Origin: a virus
Reading direction: 5' to 3' (one strand)
DNA length: 64,000 nt
Virus record (IMG/VR): IMGVR_UViG_3300031911_000002
Location: 11,956 to 75,955 of that record
Below, piece after piece: positions 55,341 to 64,000 of this stretch (position 1 is its first letter; each line of letters begins with the position of its first letter). The notes below the pieces were generated by a model, which was not told where the DNA came from, did no database searches, and saw only the letters and a list, made by a program, of their open reading frames with translations. A program made the translations under genes and the position numbers.

Positions 55341-57044
55341 CGGCGTCTCCGCAGTCCTCGCAGAGGTACCTGCCCTCGCCGTCCGCCCGGATGCGGTCGC
55401 CCTCGTCGATGACGTCCCAGCACCCGGCGCACTCGCTGGAGCGGCTGGCCGTGAACCAGGGCCCGTACCCGTCCCCGGCGCTGTCGGAGCCGGAGCTGAA
55501 GGGGTCCGCCGGGGACGCGGGCGCCCCTGTGCGTCGGTGCATGTGATCTCCTCGGTCAGGTTGGTGAACGAGCCGGTGGCCCCAGCATGAGGTCCGGCAC
55601 TGACAACGACGGCGTCCACGGCGTCCGGCCGGACCCTCTGGACGCGGTAGACCAGGCCCTTGATCCGGGTCCGGGACGTGTGCCGGACGAACAGAGCCCC
55701 CTCGGCCAGGTTGCCCAGGCGGTCCTCCCACGGCGCCTGCGGGCGGCACGGGCCGCTCTTGTGCGTGGGGCAGGCGTATCCGGCCCCGGCCGCAGAGCAC
55801 GTCCAGACGACGTGCTGCACGGACCCGTCCGGCTCGAACCGGTCCGCCAGAGGCGTGACCTCGTGGCCGCACTCCCAGCACTCCGGGTTCGCGGCGGCGA
55901 GGTCCCTCACGGCGGACGGCATCTTCTCCAGGATGTCCGGCGGGCAGTGCCAGTCCGGCTCCAGGGCTCCGCAGTCCGGGCAGCGGAGACTGATCCCTTC
56001 CCCGTCATCCTCCTCGGGGTCGCTGTAGGTGAAGCCGTCCAGGTGCTTGCACGGCTCCGGCTCCGGGCCCCCGCAGACCGTGCAGACGGAGCCGCTGTGG
56101 CCCTTGCCGTCATCGCCGTAGACGAACCCTTCCGGGTGCGTGCAGCAGTCCGGCAGGGTGCACCGCTCGGCCCTGCCGGGGTGGATCCACTCGATGCCCG
56201 ATTCGTCGGTCAGCCTGTGGACGACGTCGAACAGCTCCCCGGCTCCCGGCTCCGGGACGTCCGGGTGGGGCAGCGGGGCGTCCTCGCACGTCATGTCGCC
56301 GTGACCGGCCGCATCCCTGGCCGTCGCGTTGCGCCACCGCAGGTTGCAGGCGCACTCCACGGGGCCGCTCCGGTCCAGAACCGTGCCGGGGTCGCCGACG
56401 GCGTCCCTCAGCAGGGGGATGAGCGCGTCCGCCGGGGCCGCACGGTCCTCGGGAGGCAGGGTCCGGATACGGGAGATCTCGTCTGCCGTCCGGCGCCGGG
56501 ACTCCTCCAGCCCGTCCCGGACGGACTGCTCGTAGGCGGCGTCCTGCTCCCGCTGGATCCGCTCCGCCTCCGCGATGGCGATGTCCGCCTCACGGGCGTG
56601 CGGGTCGGCCGCGCCCCGGTCGTGAGGCAGGTCGATCGTCTGCACGGGACGCGGCTGCACCGTGGCGTCGCGCGCGTCTTCGGACGGCGGAGCGTGGTCG
56701 GTGTAGCCTCCTCGGCCGTCGTGCCACAGCGGCCAGTCGGAGCCACCCCCGCAGGGCTGCCCCGCGTTGTTCAGATGCGAGCGCGCCCGGCCGTTCAGGG
56801 TGAGCTGGACGGGACGACCGCAGCCCTCCGGTCCGGCCGCGACCCGGCAGACGTAGCCGGACCCGGTCCCCTCCGTCGGCTCCGGGGCCCCGGCCGGACG
56901 CTGGCCGACCCCACGGCACTTCCGGCTGGAGGCGTCCTCGGGGTCCTGGCACTCCGGCTTGTCCGTGATGTGGTACCGGACCGTGCCGTCGGCGTTGATG
57001 CTGTAGCTGTTGCCGCAGCAGCTGCACGTGCCTCGGTCAGCCAT
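54165..57044 (-). CDS. Large Cys/His-rich multi-Zn-finger protein, reading in frame into the exonuclease
   Basis: GGGAGG RBS at MADRGTCSCCG; many CxxC motifs; no stop before 54165. Confidence 0.6.
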   Translation of the reverse strand: MADRGTCSCCGNSYSINADGTVRYHITDKPECQDPEDASSRKCRGVGQRPAGAPEPTEGTGSGYVCRVAAGPEGCGRPVQLTLNGRARSHLNNAGQPCGGGSDWPLWHDGRGGYTDHAPPSEDARDATVQPRPVQTIDLPHDRGAADPHAREADIAIAEAERIQREQDAAYEQSVRDGLEESRRRTADEISRIRTLPPEDRAAPADALIPLLRDAVGDPGTVLDRSGPVECACNLRWRNATARDAAGHGDMTCEDAPLPHPDVPEPGAGELFDVVHRLTDESGIEWIHPGRAERCTLPDCCTHPEGFVYGDDGKGHSGSVCTVCGGPEPEPCKHLDGFTYSDPEEDDGEGISLRCPDCGALEPDWHCPPDILEKMPSAVRDLAAANPECWECGHEVTPLADRFEPDGSVQHVVWTCSAAGAGYACPTHKSGPCRPQAPWEDRLGNLAEGALFVRHTSRTRIKGLVYRVQRVRPDAVDAVVVSAGPHAGATGSFTNLTEEITCTDAQGRPRPRRTPSAPAPTAPGTGTGPGSRPAAPASAPGAGTSSTRATASGRTARAGTSARTAETPMTDAFSTPKQTVSESDKYDRFGRYKLLHPSSSKKVAWTRATTFAKSVQDTFALSQWAQRMTLKGAALRSDIVDVARTLDVREDRAQMNGLVEDAKKAAGDKVAANLGTAVHSYTEHRDRGEDIDIPEEHRPTVDAYTQVLADFGLEPVPGLIEFTTAVTQFEIVGTSDRCYRVTRDITIDLNGRPVTLYAGEYVIGDVKTGADLSYGWQEIAIQLAIYAQGLNTSGVWDWGTRTWSRPQDPDQPGVQIQVRTDVGVVPHLPVDRERTGAPLATLYAVDLSAGWAACVLCGQVRSWRKESKLATPLTVADLATEPTRQQPSAAASEPATAAPRAEVAARPPTLLERAQAVRNKGEASAVFQAATAAKVSRRELDQLIDVMKRKLESHVEQGA
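55333..55542 (-). CDS. Small Zn-finger protein nested in an alternative frame
   Basis: GACCGAGGAG RBS; CAGC...I..GDRI...YLCEDC. Confidence 0.6.
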   Translation of the reverse strand: MHRRTGAPASPADPFSSGSDSAGDGYGPWFTASRSSECAGCWDVIDEGDRIRADGEGRYLCEDCGDADD

Positions 57045-57441
57045 GGGTCCTCCCCTTGCGGTACGGGGCGCCGCACTCGATGCAGTTGGTGGGTTCGCCC
57101 TCGGAATCGTCGTGAACGTGCTCGTGGGGCTCCGCGAACGGGTTGACCGGCTCAGGCTCCGGCTCGCCGCAGGCGCCGCAGCGGGCGGGACGACCGCTGT
57201 AGTAGCTCCGGTACACCTCGTGCTCGCAGGTGAGCCGGGCGACCGCTCCGGCCGCGACCTTGCCGATGGCGGACAGGGCGCTGGACTCCAGCTCCCCGGT
57301 CTCGTACGGCATGTCCTGGTACTCCGCCTCACGGGCGAGGGCCCCCAGCGCATTCACGATCTCCTCGCGCACGATGGCGCGGAGGTGCGCGTCCTCCAGT
57401 TCCCGCCTCTTGCGGGCGGTCACGGGGTCGTTCAGCCTCAT
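57037..57441 (-). CDS. Hypothetical Zn-finger protein
   Basis: CEH...CGACGEPE, CIECG. Confidence 0.6.
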   Translation of the reverse strand: MRLNDPVTARKRRELEDAHLRAIVREEIVNALGALAREAEYQDMPYETGELESSALSAIGKVAAGAVARLTCEHEVYRSYYSGRPARCGACGEPEPEPVNPFAEPHEHVHDDSEGEPTNCIECGAPYRKGRTHG

Positions 57442-57520
57442 GGTCATCCTTCCATGGTCGGTTTAGCTAAACCGGGTCTACCCGGCCGGACCGGTGGTGA
57501 ACCGGTCCGGCCGGGACGGG

Positions 57521-59218
57521 TCAGGTGCGGCGCGCCACCTTGTCGATCTTCCGGGACGCGAGGGCGATGGAGATCAGGTCCCCGACATCCCCGGCCCGCA
57601 TGCCCTCCTCGACCGGGCAGCGCAGGGACTCCGCGTACCCGAGCTGTGCCTCCGATGCCTTCTTCTTGCGCCAGCTGGCCGAGCGGCCGGTGTTGATGGC
57701 GGAGCGCTCCTCCGCCTCCGACTCGCCCCAGGCCATGGCCATCCCGAGGTCGAGGCCCTCGTGCAGGCGCTGCCACGGCTCCCGTGACTTGTCCGGGACC
57801 CAGGCCACGTCCCACAGGGACTCCTCGCGCGAGGGCCACAGCACGATCTCTCCGTTGCCCCCGAGGGGGATGAACTGCACGCCCCCGGCGGTCCGCAGCC
57901 ACTGGTACGCCGGGGACGCCTTGAACAGGTCCAGGTCCCGGTGCTTCAGCTCGAACCGGACCGACCCGGCGGGGACCCTGGTCTCCTTGCGGGCCTCGGA
58001 ACGCTCGTACGCCTCCGTGAGCGACTCCCCGTCCTCCATGTCCGGGACGTCGACGGGGCTGAGATCGACGAGGGTGCGGATCGACCCTCCCTCGCCGGAG
58101 AGCAGGAGCACGAGCGCATCCGTCTTGCCGGTGGCCGGGGACGGGCGCAGGACCCGGCCGACCATCTGGATGAACAGCGACTCGTTGCGGGTCGGCCGGG
58201 CGATCACGGCGCAGTCGGCGTAGGGGAAGTCGGCCCCCTCGGTCAGCACCATGCAGTTGACGATCACCCTCAGGTCGCCGGAGGCGAACCGCTTGTAGGC
58301 CAGCAGCCGCTCCTCGCGGGGGGTGCCCCCGTGGACCACGGCGGAGCGGATCCCCGCACCGTTCAGGGTCTCGGCGGTCTCCTGTGCCAGGGACACCGTG
58401 GGGGTGAAGACGATGATGGACCGGCGCCCCTCGGCCTGCTTGGTGATGACCTGCCGGATGATCTCCGGGGCCCCGGCCGCTTCCATCGCCTCCCCGAGCG
58501 ACGCGGCGGTGTAGTCGCCCCCGGACCGCTTCACGCGCCCCAGGTCCAGGTCCGCGATCTCGATCTGCCGGGCCCGGACGTCGGTCAGGTGCCCCTTGGC
58601 GATCATCCACAGGATCGACCGGGTGAAGACGACGTCGTTCCAGACGTCCCCGAGCCCCTTTCCGTCGCCCCTCTGGAGGGTGGCGGTGAAGCCGACGGCG
58701 AGGTGGTCCGTGCCGCCGTCGTAGCACCCGAGGGCCGCCATGATGTTCCGGTAGCTCTCCGCCACGGCGTGGTGGCACTCGTCCACGACGACGAGGCCGA
58801 TGTCTCCGGCGTACGCCTGCGCGTCCAGGAGCTGTTCGATGCGGCTCCGGCGCGCGAGGGTTTGCACCGAGCAGACCATCACGTCGGCGGTGACCTCGTT
58901 GTCGGCCGCCTTGACCTTGCCGACGTTGAGGGCGGGGGCGATGATCCGCAGCTTGGCCAGGGTCTGGTCGGCCAGCTCGTCCCGGTGGACGAGGATGACC
59001 GTGCGCCGGGGCCGGAGCGGGTTGCCGTCGCACGCCGTGCGCCAGTCCCAGAACCGGTGCGCGAGGTGGCTGAAGACGACCGTCTTGCCCGCCCCGGTGG
59101 GGAGCACGACCGCCGGGCGCTGGAGGCTGTCCTGGGTCCACGCCCGGAACACGGCGTCGATCGACGCTTCCTGGTAGTCGCGAAGATTCAAGAGACGCTG
59201 ATTCACAGGTGCCCCCAC
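57521..59218 (-). CDS. Superfamily II DNA helicase
   Basis: LRDYQ, LPTGAGKT, DECHH, GFTAT, LTEGAD, QMVGRVLR. Confidence 0.92.
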   Translation of the reverse strand: MGAPVNQRLLNLRDYQEASIDAVFRAWTQDSLQRPAVVLPTGAGKTVVFSHLAHRFWDWRTACDGNPLRPRRTVILVHRDELADQTLAKLRIIAPALNVGKVKAADNEVTADVMVCSVQTLARRSRIEQLLDAQAYAGDIGLVVVDECHHAVAESYRNIMAALGCYDGGTDHLAVGFTATLQRGDGKGLGDVWNDVVFTRSILWMIAKGHLTDVRARQIEIADLDLGRVKRSGGDYTAASLGEAMEAAGAPEIIRQVITKQAEGRRSIIVFTPTVSLAQETAETLNGAGIRSAVVHGGTPREERLLAYKRFASGDLRVIVNCMVLTEGADFPYADCAVIARPTRNESLFIQMVGRVLRPSPATGKTDALVLLLSGEGGSIRTLVDLSPVDVPDMEDGESLTEAYERSEARKETRVPAGSVRFELKHRDLDLFKASPAYQWLRTAGGVQFIPLGGNGEIVLWPSREESLWDVAWVPDKSREPWQRLHEGLDLGMAMAWGESEAEERSAINTGRSASWRKKKASEAQLGYAESLRCPVEEGMRAGDVGDLISIALASRKIDKVARRT

Positions 59219-59703
59219 GTCTGCCCGGTCCGGATCTGGCTGATGGTGCCGACGGATACTCCGTACCGAGCGGCCAGGTCCCGGCGGTACCCGTAGTACG
59301 GGGGAGCCGACCGAATGGCCCGGACGTCAGATGCCGTCAGCTTGGCCTGGGGGTGCAGTTCCCCGAGCAGAGCCGTTCCGTGCAAGATCTTGTCCGCCTC
59401 GTTCTCGGCACCAGTCCCCCAGCACAAGTTGTCGGCGCGGTTGTTCCGGGGGTTCCCGTCCAGATGCCGTACCACCTGTCCATCCGGCCGGGGTCCGTGG
59501 TAAGCCGTGCAGACTGCAATGTGGACGCCGTGCTGGGACCATCGCCCCTGCCCTCGGTACAGGTTGAACTTCAGGTACTCCGTCTTGTCCCTGAACGGCC
59601 GGAGTCGCTTGCCTGACGGGCCCCACAAGGTCCCGTCATCCGCGATCACCAGTCTGGGGAACTCCGGGGTGAGACGCACTCTCACCGTGTTCGTCCTGGT
59701 CAC
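59203..59703 (-). CDS. HNH homing endonuclease
   Basis: VHIAVC..YHG.RP....VRHLDGNPRNN..DNL.WGT..EN..D...HG. Confidence 0.88.
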   Translation of the reverse strand: MTRTNTVRVRLTPEFPRLVIADDGTLWGPSGKRLRPFRDKTEYLKFNLYRGQGRWSQHGVHIAVCTAYHGPRPDGQVVRHLDGNPRNNRADNLCWGTGAENEADKILHGTALLGELHPQAKLTASDVRAIRSAPPYYGYRRDLAARYGVSVGTISQIRTGQTWGHL

Positions 59704-60206
59704 TGGTCAGGTCCCTTCTCAGGGTCGCTGTGGTGGGCCCGCGCGACCGCGTCGGCCCGTCCGGCAGCCCACCGGGGGCCCTGGGAAGGGCTCCAGCGGT
59801 CCGTCACGGTCCAGCCGCAGGTGCAGGTCACGCTGAAGTAGCCACCGGGGATGGACCGGTAGGAGTAGACGCGGCCGGTCGTGACGTGGGCCGGGTCCGG
59901 GCCCTGGATGACCTGCGGGACGTACTCCGCGCGCTCCGGGGGCGTGCCCCGGTCCTTGCAGGCGCAGCACGGACGCTCCGGCGTGCAGACGCACGTGGGG
60001 CAGTGCTCCAGCTGCGGGCGCATGTCGACGGTCCGGCTGTGTTCCTCGCCGACGATCAGGTGCGGGAGGACCGGCGGAGGTCCGGCATTGGCCGGGGCGG
60101 TCTCGCCGGGGGCCGGGCGGAACGCGTCCAGCAGGGCTGCCCGGCACGGGCCGCAGTCCAGCTCATCGCCGTCGTGCAGCCCGAACGGGGTGTGGTGCAC
60201 GCTCAT
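59700..60206 (-). CDS. Hypothetical Cys-rich protein
   Basis: CGPC, CPTCVC, CTCGW. Confidence 0.5.
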   Translation of the reverse strand: MSVHHTPFGLHDGDELDCGPCRAALLDAFRPAPGETAPANAGPPPVLPHLIVGEEHSRTVDMRPQLEHCPTCVCTPERPCCACKDRGTPPERAEYVPQVIQGPDPAHVTTGRVYSYRSIPGGYFSVTCTCGWTVTDRWSPSQGPRWAAGRADAVARAHHSDPEKGPDQ

Positions 60207-60493
60207 CAGACGGTCTCCTCCCGGACCCGGCGGCGCCGCCGGATGCGCAGGCGGTCCGCCAGGGACCGGCCGGTGCGCCACAGCACCCAGTTGTTGAGGT
60301 ACACGGCGAAGTACGAGCACGTGCCGAGCAGGAACCCGTACTGGCCGGTGCCCACGGCGTAGACGGCCCACAGGCTCTGGGTGCCCATGCTCAGCACCCA
60401 CCCCCAGGTCTTCTTGCGGCCGACGACGACCATACCCAGCAGGCCGAACGGGGCGAGGCACCAAGAGCCGTAGGCGATCAGCCACTCAGCCAC
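60206..60493 (-). CDS. PnuC-like small membrane protein
   Basis: GRKKTWGW...QSLW..YA...GQYGF. Confidence 0.6.
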   Translation of the reverse strand: MAEWLIAYGSWCLAPFGLLGMVVVGRKKTWGWVLSMGTQSLWAVYAVGTGQYGFLLGTCSYFAVYLNNWVLWRTGRSLADRLRIRRRRRVREETV

Positions 60494-61007
60494 GGCTCTC
60501 ACTCTCCACCCAGTTCAGAATCCTCAGCAGCCGCTCCCTGTACCCGTCGCGCTCATCGGGGCCCATGACGCCGATCAGCTCACGGGCGCGTGAGATGTCG
60601 CCCTGCCTCACGAACCAGAGGACGGCGGTCTCCGTGGAGGCCGTCACCTTGGGGACGATGCCCTCGTTCACCGGTCCGCCTCCGGGTCCCTCCACGGCCC
60701 TGCGGACGACCGCAGGCACGAGCCGGGTCCACATCTCGTGGATCCACTCGTACGCCCACTCGTCCCCGGCCCTGCCGGTGGAGTCGATGTCCTCGTACAC
60801 GGCCCGCAGCGCGCTGAGCGTCTTGCCGAACGTGAGCTGCTCGGCCTCCTGGAACACCTGCTCGTGCACCTCGGGAGCCGGGCAGTCGGGCAGCGGGTGC
60901 CCTTGCCCGGAGCACGCCGTCCGGCGGTGCCCCATGGCCTCCCACTCCTTCAGCATCTCCTCGTGCCTGCGCACGGCCTCGTCCATGCCAGTGTCTCGGT
61001 CTACCAT
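60486..61007 (-). CDS. Hypothetical protein
   Basis: GACCACGGA leader. Confidence 0.55.
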   Translation of the reverse strand: MVDRDTGMDEAVRRHEEMLKEWEAMGHRRTACSGQGHPLPDCPAPEVHEQVFQEAEQLTFGKTLSALRAVYEDIDSTGRAGDEWAYEWIHEMWTRLVPAVVRRAVEGPGGGPVNEGIVPKVTASTETAVLWFVRQGDISRARELIGVMGPDERDGYRERLLRILNWVESESRG

Positions 61008-61117
61008 CCTGCGCACCCCTTCCGTGGTCGGTGGTCCTGGTGGCACCTATACCCTCCACGCGTAAAAACGAACCGGAACGGGTAAAGACGCACCACGCAC
61101 ATCGGAAGGGAGAGACC

Positions 61118-61309
61118 GTGGAGAACGAGCTGATCACCGTGCGTGAGGCGGCAGCGCTCGCCCATGTGCACGACCGCACCATCCGGCGGTGGTTCCGCGA
61201 GCAGAGACTGACCAAGCACGTCACCGGCACCGGTCGCGTCCGGGTGGACCGGGGGGAGGTGGTGGCGCTCGCCACCGCCACCCCGGCCGTTACGGGGGCC
61301 GGGGCATGA
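61118..61309 (+). CDS. Excisionase/MerR-like HTH protein
   Basis: LITVREAAALAHVHDRTIRRW. Confidence 0.8.
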   Translation: MENELITVREAAALAHVHDRTIRRWFREQRLTKHVTGTGRVRVDRGEVVALATATPAVTGAGA

Positions 61310-61698
61310 CCCTGAGAGTCGTACGGGCGTACCCGCCGGATGTGCTGACCCGTATGGTCGGTCAGCTAGAGACGGCGTCGGTAGAAATCCAGTGCCTGGA
61401 GCCTGACCTGCACCCGACCTGCTGGGTGAGGAGCAGTGCTGTTCAGCGGGGGTACCTCGTGGGGTACTCCCAGGTAACCGTGAAGGGGCACGTCACTCTT
61501 CCGGGGCACTGGGCTGCTTACCTGGCGCTGATCGGACCGGTGGACGACCCCGCGCTGGAGCTGGACCATCGGTGCTTCACACCCCCCTGCTGGAATCCCT
61601 GGCACATGGAGCCGGTTACCCGCGCCGTCAACAACGGCCGGAAGCTGTCCGTCCCGCAGCTCCGCAGGCACCGGGATGCGTCCGGGAGGCTGCTGTGA
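61306..61698 (+). CDS. HNH endonuclease (Zn-loop type)
   Basis: CW...GY...H..AY...GP....LELDHRC..PPCWNPWHMEPVT..VN. Confidence 0.8.
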   Translation: MTLRVVRAYPPDVLTRMVGQLETASVEIQCLEPDLHPTCWVRSSAVQRGYLVGYSQVTVKGHVTLPGHWAAYLALIGPVDDPALELDHRCFTPPCWNPWHMEPVTRAVNNGRKLSVPQLRRHRDASGRLL

Positions 61699-62183
61699 CC
61701 GGCCGGATCCCCGCCATCGAGACGCGCGCGTACGGATGCCGCTTCCGCTCCCGGCTGGAGGCGAGGTGGGCGGTGTTCTTCACCCAGGCCGGGTTCGACT
61801 GGGAGTACGAGCCGGAGGGCGCGGCGCTGAGCAGCGGCAACTACCTCTGCGACTTCCGGGTGACCGGGCCCACGGGCGTGTCGGTGTGGGTGGAGGTCAA
61901 GCCGAAGCTGGAGCAGGACCAGGCGGACGACCCGAGGTGGGCTGAGCTGGCCCGGACGAGCGGCCTGATGCTGTTCACGGTCCGGGGCATGCACCGCACG
62001 GGAGATCGCTGCGACACGGCCCACAGCGCGCGGGTCTGGCTGCCGGACGGCACGGTGGCCGACGTCCACCGGCTGTGGCAGGGACAGACGTACGCGGCGG
62101 CCTGGGACCGGGCGAGTGAGGCAAGGTTCGACGGCACGGACCGGCTGGGGCGTGGGCCCCGGCGCAAGGGCCGCAGGAAGTAG
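61695..62183 (+). CDS. PD-(D/E)XK nuclease-like protein
   Basis: FRSRLEARWAVFF...WEYEPEG...YLCDF...VEVKP. Confidence 0.75.
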   Translation: MTGRIPAIETRAYGCRFRSRLEARWAVFFTQAGFDWEYEPEGAALSSGNYLCDFRVTGPTGVSVWVEVKPKLEQDQADDPRWAELARTSGLMLFTVRGMHRTGDRCDTAHSARVWLPDGTVADVHRLWQGQTYAAAWDRASEARFDGTDRLGRGPRRKGRRK

Positions 62184-62198
62184 GAAGGGAGGGACACC

Positions 62199-64000
62199 GT
62201 GACCGAGGTGGACGAGACGGGGGCCGCCCGCACGTTGATGCCGGGGCACCTGCGGGAGTTGCAGGAGAGCTGCATCACGCCGGACGTCATCGCCGCACGT
62301 GGGTACGAGACGCTGTACGGCACCGACGAGGACAAGGCACGGCTCAAGGAGCTGAGGATCCCGAGGTGGGCGTGGCGCGACGACCTCGCGTTCCCGGCCC
62401 TGCTCCTGCCGATGTACCGGGTGACCGGGGAGGAGATCGGGTTCCAGTTCAAGCCCGCCACGCCCCAGGAGGCACCGGGCGGCAAGCGGCAGAAGTACGC
62501 CAGCCAGTCCGGCACCCCCAACCGGCTCGACGTGCCCCCGGCGGTCTCGGATGCCGTCCGGGACCCGAGCGTGCCGCTGTGGGTGACGGAAGGCATCAAG
62601 AAAGCCGACTGCCTGGCCAGCCACGGCAAGGCCGTGCTCACGCTGACCGGGGTGTTCAACTGGCGTTCGAAGCTGGGGACCCTCGGGGACTGGGAGGACG
62701 TCCCGCTCCAGGGCCGTACGGTCGTGATCTGCTTCGATGCCGACGCGCGGGAGAAGCGGACCGTGATGCTGGCGATGCAGCGCCTGGGGCGGTGGCTGGA
62801 GTCCAAGGGCGCCCGGCCCATGTACCTGATCGTCCCGGCGGAGGTCGAGCGCGAGGACGCCAGCCGGGTGCCGGTCAAGGGCGTGGACGACTTCCTGCAC
62901 GCGGGCGGCACCATGGACGGGCTCAAGGATGCCTGCATGGCCCAGCTGCCGACCGGATCGCAGGACGCGGCGTTCAGTGACGCCGTGCTCACGGACACCC
63001 TCGTCAACGAGGCCCTCGACGGCCGGTTCAGGTGGTCGAGGGGGCTCGGGTGGATGGAGTGGAGCGGCAAGGTCTGGCGCGAGGCGAGCGACGCGACCGT
63101 GCTGGAGGCCATCCGGCAGTGGGCCCTGGAGCAGTTCAACCGTGTGCTCGACGAGCAGCGCCGGGACGCCAGCCGGGACATGCAGAGCCAGATGGAGGGC
63201 TGGAGGAGCACCCTGTCCACGGCCAAGCTGAGCAACCTCATGAAGCTGTCGAGGGGGCCGCTGGAGTGCTCGGCGGCCGACTTCGATGCCGACCCGGACC
63301 TGCTCAACTGCCCGAACGGCATCGTGGACCTGCGCAGCGGGGTGCTCACGCCCCACGACCCGGACCAGCTGATGACGAAGATGGCGGGCGCGGACTTCGT
63401 CAAGTCGGCGAGGCACCCCGACTGGGACCTGGCACTGGAGTCGGTCCCCGAGGACGTGCGGGACTGGTACCAGATCCGGGTCGGCCAGGCGGCCACCGGC
63501 CACATGACGCCGGACGACCTGATCCTGATCCTCCAGGGCGGGGGGTCCAACGGGAAGGCTCTCGACGTTGCCACTCCCATGCTCACGGCCAACCGGGGCT
63601 GGACGACCATGGGCGGCCTGAAGGAGGGTGACGAGGTCTACGGACCGGACGGCCAGCCGACCAAGGTCACCCACGCGTTCGGGGTTCTGCACGGACGTAC
63701 CTGCTACCGGGTGACGACCTCGGACGGCCGGTCGGTCGTGGCTGACGCCGACCATCTGTGGACCGTCCGGCTGAGCAAGGGCACGAGCAAGCTGAACCTG
63801 CCTCGCTGGGTCACCCTGACCACGCAGCAGATGGTGGACCGGGGCGTCACCGTGGCCTGGAGGGACCGGCCCGAATACCGGTTCCGGCTGCCCGTACAGC
63901 AATCCGTGCAGGCACCCGAGGCGGACCTGCCGCTGGACCCGTACGTGCTCGGGGCCTGGCTGGGGGACGGCTCGTCCGAGGGAAGCCGGTTCACCTGCCA
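62199..64000 (+). CDS. Primase/helicase (DUF3854 Toprim plus D5-type helicase), intein-containing, 3' truncated
   Basis: Manual translation: LWVTEGIKKAD, ICFDAD, KGVDDFL, LLNCPNGIVDL, QGGGSNGK. Absent from the ORF track because it runs off the end. Confidence 0.88.
   Translation, partial: MTEVDETGAARTLMPGHLRELQESCITPDVIAARGYETLYGTDEDKARLKELRIPRWAWRDDLAFPALLLPMYRVTGEEIGFQFKPATPQEAPGGKRQKYASQSGTPNRLDVPPAVSDAVRDPSVPLWVTEGIKKADCLASHGKAVLTLTGVFNWRSKLGTLGDWEDVPLQGRTVVICFDADAREKRTVMLAMQRLGRWLESKGARPMYLIVPAEVEREDASRVPVKGVDDFLHAGGTMDGLKDACMAQLPTGSQDAAFSDAVLTDTLVNEALDGRFRWSRGLGWMEWSGKVWREASDATVLEAIRQWALEQFNRVLDEQRRDASRDMQSQMEGWRSTLSTAKLSNLMKLSRGPLECSAADFDADPDLLNCPNGIVDLRSGVLTPHDPDQLMTKMAGADFVKSARHPDWDLALESVPEDVRDWYQIRVGQAATGHMTPDDLILILQGGGSNGKALDVATPMLTANRGWTTMGGLKEGDEVYGPDGQPTKVTHAFGVLHGRTCYRVTTSDGRSVVADADHLWTVRLSKGTSKLNLPRWVTLTTQQMVDRGVTVAWRDRPEYRFRLPVQQSVQAPEADLPLDPYVLGAWLGDGSSEGSRFTC
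63558..64000 (+). mobile_element. Intein with LAGLIDADG-type endonuclease (truncated)
   Basis: After GSNGK: ALDVATPMLT..GWTTMG.LK.GD.V, ADADHLW, LDPYVLGAWLGDG. Confidence 0.85.

Noticed and set aside
61118-61309. Excisionase as proof of an integrating prophage
   Set aside because: No integrase, att site or host genes in the window; such HTH genes commonly precede primases.

Overview
About 64 kb of a GC-rich actinophage, most likely from Streptomyces (WhiB, DUF397 and TraB-like genes), truncated at both ends. The left arm (+ strand, 1-28.2 kb) holds an NDP-sugar dehydratase fragment, a multi-HTH regulator, terminase, portal, a 2H-phosphoesterase/MuF/protease fusion, two capsid proteins, tail genes, a lysis cassette and a glycosyltransferase. 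The right arm (mostly - strand) holds small early genes, a tRNA-Phe and an anticodon-less tRNA-like gene, HU-like and WYL proteins, a glycosylation cassette, ParB-like, RuvC-like, exonuclease, helicase, three HNH genes and an intein-containing primase/helicase. Most striking features: (1) a Streptomyces plasmid-type conjugation/spreading module (SpdB-like, TraA-like, TraB/FtsK, clt-like TGACAC array) inside a phage; (2) three ungapped 168-bp non-coding direct repeats, two of which bracket that module; (3) a TTTA-NN-TAAA operator-like palindrome and a GACCA(A/C)GGA start-associated motif spread across the window. No integrase, repressor or ParA is recognisable here. All product calls come from motif recognition by eye; no database search was run.
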